Virus record (IMG/VR): IMGVR_UViG_3300027970_000006
Length of the DNA: 64,000 nucleotides
Direction: 5' to 3' (one strand)
Origin: a virus
Both the position numbers and the translations under genes were made by a program. Shown here piece after piece: positions 30,952-39,745 of the stretch; the stretch's first letter is position 1, and every line of letters starts with the position of its first letter. The notes beneath the pieces were generated by a model that saw only the letters and a program-made list of their open reading frames with translations, searched no databases and had not been told where the DNA came from.

Positions 30952-33450
30952 ATGGCATATATAATTAAAAATACATCAGGATTGGTAAATACCCGAGTAA
31001 CAGATACGGGTAGACAAAGATTGTCTGAAGGTAGATTCAATATCGCGTATTTTGCTATTGGAGATAGTGAAATTTCATACAATCAATTACCACAAACTTA
31101 CAATCAATCAAATACTGTTGTATTAGAACCACAATTTAACGCTCAAAATAGTAGTGGAGTTCCAGAATCAAATAGACAATATATTAAATATCCTTATTTG
31201 GTAGATCAAGGACAAACAAATATTTATGGTATTCCTTTTATGGATTCTCAGATTGAATCAGTCTATAATAGGGCTGCGATGAGAGGGTTTTTTACAGGAA
31301 ATACAACAGCGTCCACCGTTGATTGGAAAGCGTTGGTAAACAATCAATATGTGGTTACACCAAATTATGTTGTTAATATGTCAACATTAAATGGGACTAA
31401 TGAAATAAATGTTTATACTTTAGGTGGTAATATACAAAATACAAATACACCACAAGTCGGTGATTTTATAACAATTTATTACGATGGTAGGGCAGAAACA
31501 GACACTAATTGTTCCAATTTCCCAACTCCAACACCGACATCTTCGGTTGGTCAAACACCAACCCCAACACCAACACCTTCGTCAACAAATAGTGAACCAT
31601 GTTCTTCACCAACCCCAACTCCGACACCAACACAAACAATTTGTTTAACACCAACACCAAGTGCTCAATGCCCACTACCACCACCACCTGATTGTTTAAA
31701 GGATGTTGTGAGTTGTTTCTCAATTCTAACATATAGGATTATATCGGTATGTGAGAATAAATTAACATTAGACAGACCAACACCTGATTTTACAAATTTG
31801 TCAAGCGATTGTATTGCAAGAACATTGATTTATCCGGCACAGATGGTTCCATTATATGATAGTTTTACACCTGAACCACATTGGAGTCAAAGTGTTATTG
31901 ATTTTGAATCGGTTTGTGATACGGATCAATTTGATGTAAAGATTTGGAATATGAATATTCCCTGGACTGAAAGTCCGGCTGGTTTAATATCAAATCAATT
32001 TCAAGACTACACAAATTTTGGATCAATTGAATATATTGGACAAAAAGAATATTTTGGTTATACAACAAACGCTCAAGTGTCAACTGACGATGTTTATTAC
32101 TATAATTCATTTGGCGAAAAACAAATTGTAACACCTACAGATCAAAAGGCAATTGCTATAATTCATTATACAAATCAAACAATAGATTTCTTTTATGGTG
32201 AAAAGTTTGCGTTACAACCATACGATACTCAAAACCCTGAAAATACACAAGGACAAGCAAGAAACTTTAAACTTCATATCCCAACTTTAATGTGGCATAA
32301 AAACCCTGAATGTTGTTTTGGTCAAACATTTTATGTTGATCCTCCAGGGTTTGACGGAAAAAATCTTTTCACGGTTCAATATACAAAATCAAGTGTTTCT
32401 ACTAATATGAATCAACCTGGTTTGAGATATTATAATTTGTGGGACACATTCGCACAACCAAACGGATTACCTAGTAGAATTGGAAAAGTTTATCCTGATT
32501 CAAAATTAATAATTATTGACGATGAAGAAATTGTCGCAGCACTTTCATATAAGTCTAATAGAAACTGGACTTTACCGGCACCACAAATTTCATTACAAAC
32601 ACCAAATACTTGTGGAACATCAAATACAACGGGAGTTTTAACTGGTGGTGGAGAAACATTGTGGGTGACTTATAGATTATCAAATACCGACTTCTTCACT
32701 AATTCACTTCATTGTAACTATTATACAAGTGTTATTGGAACTGAAAATGTTTGTTCACCAAGTTCACCAAAAAATGTGGCGGTAAGATTTGGAGGAGATT
32801 TCCCTTGTTTAGTTCAACCTGGATTTTCACCAACAACAACTACTACAACTTATTACCCAAATACAACTACGACAACAACAATAACTCCATATACAACTAC
32901 CACAACAACATTATGTCCTACTTGTGTTGTACCAGCAGGGTTTTACGCTAATGAATTTCAGGTATTAGCGCAAAAAACTCCAATTGGACAAAGACCTGTT
33001 GCTGATAACTGGAAATTGATTGATTTTACAGAACAAGCAAGTCAATTCTTTATGAATGGATATGTGACACAAGAATCATTAACGGCAACAACTTTTGTTA
33101 TTACATCGGAGAATTATTCATCAGCACCATATTATAATCTAAATGATTACATTTCTTTAGTTCCTAAAGGGGATGACGGCCCAAATCTTAATTTTGGTGA
33201 TGAATATTATTTTTACGGAAATTTAGAAACAGATATTCAAGCAACCATATATGAAATGAAATATAAGATAAATCTAAGCTCATCTGAGTTTTTAGTTTCT
33301 CAAAACCCAACATGGACTTTTGGAACAAAATCTTATGTTACCGAAATAGCTCTTTTGGATGCTAACGATGATATTCTTGTTATGTCTAAATTACAATCTC
33401 CAGTATTGAGACAAGGGATCCAACAATATGTAATAAAGTTAGATTTTTAA
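30952..33450 (+). CDS. tail-fibre/collar-like protein with Pro/Thr-rich linkers
   Basis: N-term 'TDTGRQRL...YFAIGD' and C-term 'YVTEIALLD.NDDILVMSKL..PV' resemble the tail-collar fibre domain; (PT)n and Tn tracts. Confidence 0.65.
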   Translation: MAYIIKNTSGLVNTRVTDTGRQRLSEGRFNIAYFAIGDSEISYNQLPQTYNQSNTVVLEPQFNAQNSSGVPESNRQYIKYPYLVDQGQTNIYGIPFMDSQIESVYNRAAMRGFFTGNTTASTVDWKALVNNQYVVTPNYVVNMSTLNGTNEINVYTLGGNIQNTNTPQVGDFITIYYDGRAETDTNCSNFPTPTPTSSVGQTPTPTPTPSSTNSEPCSSPTPTPTPTQTICLTPTPSAQCPLPPPPDCLKDVVSCFSILTYRIISVCENKLTLDRPTPDFTNLSSDCIARTLIYPAQMVPLYDSFTPEPHWSQSVIDFESVCDTDQFDVKIWNMNIPWTESPAGLISNQFQDYTNFGSIEYIGQKEYFGYTTNAQVSTDDVYYYNSFGEKQIVTPTDQKAIAIIHYTNQTIDFFYGEKFALQPYDTQNPENTQGQARNFKLHIPTLMWHKNPECCFGQTFYVDPPGFDGKNLFTVQYTKSSVSTNMNQPGLRYYNLWDTFAQPNGLPSRIGKVYPDSKLIIIDDEEIVAALSYKSNRNWTLPAPQISLQTPNTCGTSNTTGVLTGGGETLWVTYRLSNTDFFTNSLHCNYYTSVIGTENVCSPSSPKNVAVRFGGDFPCLVQPGFSPTTTTTTYYPNTTTTTTITPYTTTTTTLCPTCVVPAGFYANEFQVLAQKTPIGQRPVADNWKLIDFTEQASQFFMNGYVTQESLTATTFVITSENYSSAPYYNLNDYISLVPKGDDGPNLNFGDEYYFYGNLETDIQATIYEMKYKINLSSSEFLVSQNPTWTFGTKSYVTEIALLDANDDILVMSKLQSPVLRQGIQQYVIKLDF

Positions 33451-33504
33451 AAAACTTTAATTTTTAATAATATACTTTATTATATTAAAATATAACAATA
33501 TTTT

Positions 33505-34110
33505 ATGGCAAAAAACCTTAAAAACACACCCAAAGTCCTTGGACTTGATATTTCAACTAGAACAATAGGATGGGCTCTTTTTGATATTAAAACTAAAGAG
33601 TTACTAGAATTAACTCATGTGTCACCAAGACCAAAAATGGATAAAGATGAAGATAAAATTAAAGAGTTATTATTGAAATCTGAAATTTTTGCCGAAAAAT
33701 TAAAAGAATATAAAAACTTAGGGATAGTAAGAGTTGTTATTGAAGAACCTTTATTAAATTCAAATAATGTTTATACCATTCAAACATTACTTCGTTTTAA
33801 TAGTTTTGTGTTTAAAGAAATATACAACATATTAGGAATTGTCCCCGAGTTTATATCAACATATAACTCAAGAAAATTTGCCTTCCCTGAGTTAGTCCAA
33901 GAAAATGATAAGAAAAAACATGTTTTATTTGGTGGTCTTCCAAAAGACATTGACAAAAAAATGATTATTTGGGACAAAGTGGCAAAAAGAGAACCACAAA
34001 TAAAATGGTTATACACAAAAAACAATACCCTTAAAAAAGAAAATTTTGATCAAACTGACGCTTACGCTTGTGTGTTAGGGTTTATGAGATTAAAAGAAAT
34101 CTGGGAATAA
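33505..34110 (+). CDS. RuvC-like Holliday junction resolvase
   Basis: 'VLGLDISTRTIGWA', 'VVIEEP', 'FDQTDAY' acidic catalytic residues. Confidence 0.8.
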   Translation: MAKNLKNTPKVLGLDISTRTIGWALFDIKTKELLELTHVSPRPKMDKDEDKIKELLLKSEIFAEKLKEYKNLGIVRVVIEEPLLNSNNVYTIQTLLRFNSFVFKEIYNILGIVPEFISTYNSRKFAFPELVQENDKKKHVLFGGLPKDIDKKMIIWDKVAKREPQIKWLYTKNNTLKKENFDQTDAYACVLGFMRLKEIWE

Positions 34111-34135
34111 TATCCTTTAAAATACCGATAATTTG

Positions 34136-34168
34136 AAATATCGTCTTTTTAGACGATATTTTTTTTTT
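34136..34168. terminator. hairpin terminator between convergent genes
   Basis: AAATATCGTCT-tttt-AGACGATATTT plus T run. Confidence 0.8.
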
Positions 34169-35747
34169 AACATACAGTACCTAATTGTGTAATTTGAATG
34201 TTTTGTGGGTTATTAGTTGTTGGTGTTACATTAGAACAAACAATAACAGAACTATTACCACCTAAAGACTCAGATATAGAGTTTGAAATACAATCGCCAT
34301 ATGTGATTGTAATTTTTGATGGACTTAAATTCGTGACACGATATTGATATTGAACACAAGGGGACGGACTTGGTGTTGGTGTGGGTGTTGGAGTTAGTGA
34401 AGGACAAGGAACTTCTAAAATAGTTGTATAGAATCCAGAACTACTTTCAATACAGGTTATATACGATGATGAATCAACCCATTCCAATATAGTTCCAATA
34501 GGAAGTTCGGTATCTAAATATAAGAATGATCCGGTAATGTTTGATGAATAGTCTTCTGAGACCCACCTTACATTCAAGTTATCCCAATAAATTCTAAATA
34601 TTGTTGGGTTAGACGGGAACGACCATACATAAGACAACTTACCATTAATAAAACCATTTGGGGTAACATTGTAAGGACCACACTCCCCATTAACAACTAA
34701 ACATTGTAATATAGGTTCTTGAGTTGATGGAACACACTGAAGACAAGCACCTTCTAAAGTTGAACCCACTTCATTTGTTAGAGTGATATTATCAACCCCA
34801 CTTATATTTTCAAATAATCCTTCATAGATCACACAATAAGTTAATCCGTTGATTAATGCGTTATATACATAACCTTCTTTTGGTGACGTTGATCCAGAAA
34901 CCAATACAAGATCTGACGTAAAGTATTCAATACCTGTAAAACAATCACGGAATTTTTTACTATTAGCACATTGTAAAACCTCACTAAACGTATTAAATAT
35001 TACTTCACCCGAAAAATTACAAGGTCTATCAACTTCTGGCGTTGGTGTAGGTGTTGGTGTAAAAGAAGGAGTAGGTGTTGGTGTGACTCCTAATGAAGTA
35101 ACCGACATTGAAACACCACCACAAATATTTGAAGATGTTGGGGTCGGTGTTGGGGTTGGAGTTGGGGTTTTAGTCGGAGTTACACTTGGTGTTGGTGGGA
35201 TATAACAATCAAATATCGCATCAAAATCAAAAGTCGCACAAGCGTTAGTTGTGGTTGTTGTCGTAACACAAGATCCTGGATACATTACACTATCATCTAA
35301 ATCGGGACACGTTGAAACACTTCCGTATGGACCGAATTGATCACAAGGATCCCCAAGATTTTGAGCTAAACACCATCTTGTTTCACCTGTAGAATAAAAT
35401 ATAGAATATCCATTTGTTTGTCCTGTAAAATATGTGTAAGACCCATACATTCCGGCATATTGGTATGTGTTGTCGTATATGTCATCATTTTGAATACAAT
35501 AAAATTGAGTACAAGAACAACCTGAAATACCGGTTATTTGTCCTGATCCATTAGTTGAATATAAATTTAATCCATTACTTAAATATACTGAAGAATAAAC
35601 AAGACCGGCGGTGCAACCTGAATCAAAATATAGTTTTTGACCAATTACCAAACTATCACCATAAACAATATTTGTTTGCGCTGAAAGACAAAGTGACGAA
35701 CTAGATGAAGTATCTATCGCAAAAAAACCTAAATTATTACAAGCCAT
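34167..35747 (-). CDS. Cys-rich, Pro/Thr-repeat virion surface protein
   Basis: (PT)n tracts, T runs and many Cys; composition like the 28847 and 30952 products. Confidence 0.7.
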   Translation of the reverse strand: MACNNLGFFAIDTSSSSSLCLSAQTNIVYGDSLVIGQKLYFDSGCTAGLVYSSVYLSNGLNLYSTNGSGQITGISGCSCTQFYCIQNDDIYDNTYQYAGMYGSYTYFTGQTNGYSIFYSTGETRWCLAQNLGDPCDQFGPYGSVSTCPDLDDSVMYPGSCVTTTTTTNACATFDFDAIFDCYIPPTPSVTPTKTPTPTPTPTPTSSNICGGVSMSVTSLGVTPTPTPSFTPTPTPTPEVDRPCNFSGEVIFNTFSEVLQCANSKKFRDCFTGIEYFTSDLVLVSGSTSPKEGYVYNALINGLTYCVIYEGLFENISGVDNITLTNEVGSTLEGACLQCVPSTQEPILQCLVVNGECGPYNVTPNGFINGKLSYVWSFPSNPTIFRIYWDNLNVRWVSEDYSSNITGSFLYLDTELPIGTILEWVDSSSYITCIESSSGFYTTILEVPCPSLTPTPTPTPSPSPCVQYQYRVTNLSPSKITITYGDCISNSISESLGGNSSVIVCSNVTPTTNNPQNIQITQLGTVC

Positions 35748-35748
35748 A

Positions 35749-35967
35749 TTATGTTAATTCTTGTGTTGCAACACAATCATTACTATCAACTATTTTAACA
35801 GAATAAGATTCCATATCTTCCATAATAAATGGTAACGTAAAAATATATGGAATTTCACTCAAACCAATTGTGTCAATATAAATACAAGTTGTGAAACCTG
35901 TATCGCAAGTATAAATATCAAATGGTGTTAAACCTGAAAGCGCTGAAATCGTAATTTGTGTTGGCAT
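35749..35967 (-). CDS. small Cys-containing beta protein (paralog of 27590..27814)
   Basis: Similarity to the 27590 product; TATTTAT on - strand at 35975-35981. Confidence 0.7.
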   Translation of the reverse strand: MPTQITISALSGLTPFDIYTCDTGFTTCIYIDTIGLSEIPYIFTLPFIMEDMESYSVKIVDSNDCVATQELT

Positions 35968-36040
35968 ATCAGTAATAAATATAAAAAAAGATAAAACTTT
36001 GTGTAGTTGATTAACTAAAACATTTTTATTATTCTTTAAT

Positions 36041-36940
36041 ATGGATGAATTTGAATCTGTTGTTGAACTAATATCTGATTTTTTAGGTGAACCAAAAAAA
36101 GTTTATGAAAATAGATCTCAAGTATCTTGGGATTGTCCTGTTTGTGATGATGATAAACATAAAGGTAATTTAGAAGTTAACGTTGATAAGGCGGTTTATC
36201 ACTGCTGGTCGTGCGGAGATAGTGAGGGAACTCACGGAGCTTTAGGAAAATTATTTGATAAATACGGAAATAAAAAACAAAAAAAACTTTATCAAGTATT
36301 AAAACCTGAAACGGTAGTTAAACGAGAAAAACCAAAAAAACAACTTAAACTTCCCGAAGGATTTACCTTATTCAAAGATTCAAGTCCTGTTTATCCTGTT
36401 AGAAGGGCTGCCATAAATTACTTATATAATCGGGGAATTTCCGATTATATGATTGAAAAATATCAAATTGGGTTTTGTGATAAGGGAGATCATGCTGGAC
36501 GTATCGTGATTCCGTCTTATGATAAAAGTGGTGAGTTGAACTATTATATTGCAAGGAGTTGGAATCCAATGTCTCGAGCAAAATACCGTAATCCTGAGGT
36601 GGAAAAAGATAAGATCATCTTTTGGGAGAATCTTATTGATTGGAATAAAGATATCTTTTTGGTTGAAGGAGCGTTTGACGGATTGTTTGTAGAAAACTCA
36701 ATACCGATGTTAGGTAAACATATGTCAGAACTTTTATTTGAAACAATATACAAAAAGGCTAAAGGTGATGTTATTATATGTTTGGATTCTGACGCATGGC
36801 AAAATTCTGTTAAACTTTATCATGAGTTAAATGGTGGTGAAATGTGGGGTAGAATTAAATTAATAAAGTTACCCGATGAAAAGGATATTGCTGATCTGAG
36901 GGGTGAAATAAAAGATGAATATTATTTTATAATAAAATGA
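36041..36940 (+). CDS. DNA primase (Zn finger + TOPRIM)
   Basis: CPVC...HCWSC zinc ribbon, 'RIVIP', 'FLVEGAFD', 'ICLDSDA'. Confidence 0.9.
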   Translation: MDEFESVVELISDFLGEPKKVYENRSQVSWDCPVCDDDKHKGNLEVNVDKAVYHCWSCGDSEGTHGALGKLFDKYGNKKQKKLYQVLKPETVVKREKPKKQLKLPEGFTLFKDSSPVYPVRRAAINYLYNRGISDYMIEKYQIGFCDKGDHAGRIVIPSYDKSGELNYYIARSWNPMSRAKYRNPEVEKDKIIFWENLIDWNKDIFLVEGAFDGLFVENSIPMLGKHMSELLFETIYKKAKGDVIICLDSDAWQNSVKLYHELNGGEMWGRIKLIKLPDEKDIADLRGEIKDEYYFIIK

Positions 36941-37803
36941 AAATAGAAGAAACGGTATTAGACATTAGACGAATTTTAGATGAAAAAAGAAAAGAATTCC
37001 AATTAACTTTTGAAGAAGAAACTCATAAATACACTATGTTAAATTTAGATGGTGAATTAACTGACGATTGGCCTTCAGTGTCTAAAGTTATGAAGGTATT
37101 TTATGATGAATTCCCATCCGAAAAAAAAGCTTTTGAAATGTCTGGTGGAGACCCTGACAAAGCGGAAGAATTACTTACCGAATGGAGAGTTGCGGGAGAA
37201 TACTCCACTAATATTGGAAGTAGAGTTCACTTTTTATTGGAAAAACATTCATTAGAAATGTTTAACTATGATAAAACAATACGAGAGCCAATCTATAATT
37301 GTGATCCTTTACAGATAATCAAAAGTGATTCTATGGTTACCGCTGGAAAAAAATTTTTAGAAACTATGAAAGAGCGAGGGGCTCATTTGATTGATACTGA
37401 AATTGTTTTAGGACATCCTGAATTAGGTTATACGGGGCAAGGAGATACTGGATGGTTGATTGAAAATAAAAATAAAGATGGGTATGGTATAATAATTACC
37501 GATTATAAAACAAATAAAGAAAAAAACTTTATTACTCAAAGGTATACTAAACCAATGAGAAATCCTTTTGAATATTTACCAAATAATGCTTTAGGTCACT
37601 ATCACACACAGTTACCACTTTATGGTAAAGTATTATTAAAAATGTTGGAAGGTACAAAATATCAAGATATTAAAATTCTAGGTTGTATTATTGTTAGATT
37701 AACAGATGACAGGAAATTTATTGAGTATCGGGTTGAAAGAAAAACTATGAACACAATACTTGAAATGGAGATGAAAAAGTATTTGACTAAACTTAAAAAA
37801 TAA
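36937..37803 (+). CDS. PD-(D/E)XK exonuclease
   Basis: 'GSRVH..LE', 'TE', 'GQGD', 'ITDYKTN', 'QLPLY'. Confidence 0.8.
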   Translation: MKIEETVLDIRRILDEKRKEFQLTFEEETHKYTMLNLDGELTDDWPSVSKVMKVFYDEFPSEKKAFEMSGGDPDKAEELLTEWRVAGEYSTNIGSRVHFLLEKHSLEMFNYDKTIREPIYNCDPLQIIKSDSMVTAGKKFLETMKERGAHLIDTEIVLGHPELGYTGQGDTGWLIENKNKDGYGIIITDYKTNKEKNFITQRYTKPMRNPFEYLPNNALGHYHTQLPLYGKVLLKMLEGTKYQDIKILGCIIVRLTDDRKFIEYRVERKTMNTILEMEMKKYLTKLKK

Positions 37804-37811
37804 ACTATAAT
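37783..37811 (+). promoter_or_regulatory. sigma70-consensus promoter (TTGACT-N17-TATAAT)
   Basis: Near-perfect consensus 5 nt before ATG 37817; would read through the inserted cassette. Confidence 0.75.
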
Positions 37812-37848
37812 TTATTATGGAAACTACAACTACACCAATATGGGTCAC

Positions 37849-37981
37849 AACGGTTGGGTGTATGAAACGTAATGGATTAGAAACACTAAACTTTCAACAC
37901 AAAATGAACTATAATAGAAGTACAAACTTTAAATATACTACTGAACCCATTATGTTTTATACACGATGTTAGCATTAGTAC
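37849..37981 (-). other. attC-like recombination site (imperfect palindrome)
   Basis: GTGTATGAAACGTAATGG (37858-75) pairs with CCATTATGTTTTATACAC (37947-64): 16 Watson-Crick + 2 G-T; flanked by AAC and GTTAGCA. Confidence 0.7.
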
Positions 37982-38858
37982 GGATTAAAACCACAAATGC
38001 TCAATCGAAGAACGAAACTTTTTTCTTTTCTTTTTTTGTGCGGTGGGAAATATTAAAATAAAATTATGACAATAGATTTAAGATACGGAGATACAATAAA
38101 ACAAATGAAATTGATACCTGTTAAAAGTATTGACTTTATTTGCTGTGATTTACCTTACGGCTCAACTAAAAATAATTGGGATATTGTAATACCATTTGAA
38201 GAACTTTGGGAACAATACAAAAGGATAATTAAAGATGATGGTGCTATTGCTTTATTTGGAACAGGATTGTTTGCTTACAAATTAGCATTATCAAATGAGA
38301 AAATGTATAAGTACGAAATAATTTGGCATAAATCAAAAAGCGGAAGTTCATTTACTGCTAAATACAGACCTGTTCAAAAACACGAAAACATTTTGATATT
38401 TGGAAAGGGTAAAGTTATTTATAATCCACAACTTGAAGAAGGTGAACCTTATTATAGAAAACGAAAAGCGAACAAAGGAGATAAACCAAACAATCACAAA
38501 CTTGGTGTGATTTCTGAAAGTGAAACCACAAATGATGGTTTTAGGTATCCCTCAACCGTACAATTCTTTCAACAAAAATGGAGAAGGCAAGACCAATTAC
38601 ATAGTACACAAAAACCAGTTGAATTACTTGAATGGTTGGTAAACTCATACAGCAACGAGGGTAATACTATTTTAGACAATACTTTTGGAAGTTGTACTTG
38701 TGGAATTGCTTGTATAAATACCAACCGCAATTTTATTGGGATAGAAAATGACGAAAATCATTTTAATATTTCTTTAAAGAGGGTGGAAGAAAAAAGAAAA
38801 GAAAAAGATTTTAACGTAGTAACTTCATTCGGAGATGGAATGTAGTATTACTGCTAAC
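37852..38858 (-). mobile_element. solo integron-like gene cassette (attC-like site + DNA methyltransferase)
   Basis: AAC at both junctions (37849-51, 38856-58); long hairpin 37858-37964; GTTAGCA (37968) complementary to TGCTAAC (38852); excision restores an ORF. Confidence 0.75.
38066..38845 (+). CDS. DNA N6-adenine/N4-cytosine methyltransferase (beta class)
   Basis: 'ICCDLPYG', 'IIWHK', 'HENILIF', 'HSTQKPVEL', 'ILDNTFGS', 'RNFIGIE'. Confidence 0.9.
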   Translation: MTIDLRYGDTIKQMKLIPVKSIDFICCDLPYGSTKNNWDIVIPFEELWEQYKRIIKDDGAIALFGTGLFAYKLALSNEKMYKYEIIWHKSKSGSSFTAKYRPVQKHENILIFGKGKVIYNPQLEEGEPYYRKRKANKGDKPNNHKLGVISESETTNDGFRYPSTVQFFQQKWRRQDQLHSTQKPVELLEWLVNSYSNEGNTILDNTFGSCTCGIACINTNRNFIGIENDENHFNISLKRVEEKRKEKDFNVVTSFGDGM

Positions 38859-38912
38859 AACTAGTTGGGATCATATATCAACAATTAAAATAAACATAAA
38901 ATATATAACAAA

Positions 38913-39131
38913 ATGAGCGACGATATAATCAGACCACAAATTGATTTACGCAAACAACAAACAATTAAATGTGAAAAGTGTGAATCCAAATTCTTCAAAG
39001 AGGTAACTATGTTAAAAAAAGTTCCAAAATTATTAACAGGAAGTCACGAAGACACAATTGTTCCATTTCCTACATACATGTGTAATGAATGTGGACATGT
39101 TAATGGTGATTTTGAATTATTCATTGACTAA
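38913..39131 (+). CDS. zinc-ribbon protein
   Basis: CEKC...CNECGH. Confidence 0.75.
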   Translation: MSDDIIRPQIDLRKQQTIKCEKCESKFFKEVTMLKKVPKLLTGSHEDTIVPFPTYMCNECGHVNGDFELFID

Positions 39132-39268
39132 TGGAAATAGGTAAAATGACAATATCTCAGGCGACGCCTTACTTAAAAAGTATTGCATCAAGTTATGGTT
39201 TGAGATTAAACAGATCAAAAGAATTTAAGTTAGTAAGACTTATTTTGGCAAATTTATATAATCAATAA
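39131..39268 (+). CDS. small hypothetical protein (45 aa, not in ORF track)
   Basis: TAATG coupling; MEIGKMTISQATPYLKSIASSYGLRLNRSKEFKLVRLILANLYNQ. Confidence 0.6.
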   Translation: MEIGKMTISQATPYLKSIASSYGLRLNRSKEFKLVRLILANLYNQ

Positions 39269-39292
39269 TCAAATTAAATTAAATTAAAAAAA

Positions 39293-39493
39293 ATGGCAAA
39301 AAAATTAGGATGGTATGAAACTTACGTAACAATTTGTAAGTATACTACAAAGTTAACAGATGAACAAGCAAAACTTTTTGAAGAGGATGAAGAAAAGTTT
39401 TATAACGAAGTAGATTTTAGGGCGGATCAAGAATTAGAATGGGATAAAATCAAAAATGAAGAAGAATCCGATTTTCAAATAGAAGAAGAATAA
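39293..39493 (+). CDS. acidic hypothetical protein
   Basis: ORF with A-rich leader. Confidence 0.7.
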   Translation: MAKKLGWYETYVTICKYTTKLTDEQAKLFEEDEEKFYNEVDFRADQELEWDKIKNEEESDFQIEEE

Positions 39494-39494
39494 G

Positions 39495-39734
39495 ATGACA
39501 CATAAAGAATTTTTTGCGTGGTTAGAAGGTTATTTAACCGGTAAACTTGAAAATAAACAGATTGAAATTACGCCGATCGTTGAAAAAATGAATTTGGTTG
39601 TTGATGAAAAACCATCAGTGTCAATTAGACAATTTGATCAAATACCCGTTCCTGTTAACCCAATACCTAAATATGACCCAATATCACCATCTTGGGATAT
39701 TACATTTGAAAATAAACAACAATTAAACGATTAA
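39495..39734 (+). CDS. hypothetical protein
   Basis: 'MT..EF..WLEGY' start typical of small phage proteins. Confidence 0.7.
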   Translation: MTHKEFFAWLEGYLTGKLENKQIEITPIVEKMNLVVDEKPSVSIRQFDQIPVPVNPIPKYDPISPSWDITFENKQQLND

Positions 39735-39745
39735 AAAATATTAAA

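Larger units (their letters stand above)
37817..38916 (+). pseudogene. 30-codon phage ORF interrupted by cassette insertion (37817-37851 + 38859-38916)
   Basis: Joining at the AAC core gives METTTTPIWVTTTSWDHISTIKINIKYITK*, whose TGA overlaps ATG 38913. Confidence 0.75.

Noticed and set aside
25400-35747. Diversity-generating retroelement acting on fibre genes
   Set aside because: No reverse transcriptase and no template/variable repeat pair noticed in this window.
37817-37972. 51-codon ORF running through the attC-like hairpin
   Set aside because: Best explained as a chimera of the interrupted gene's first 12 codons plus cassette sequence.
37852-38858. IS element or MITE
   Set aside because: No transposase or terminal inverted repeats at both ends; only a 3-bp AAC core is shared, which fits site-specific recombination better than a target-site duplication.
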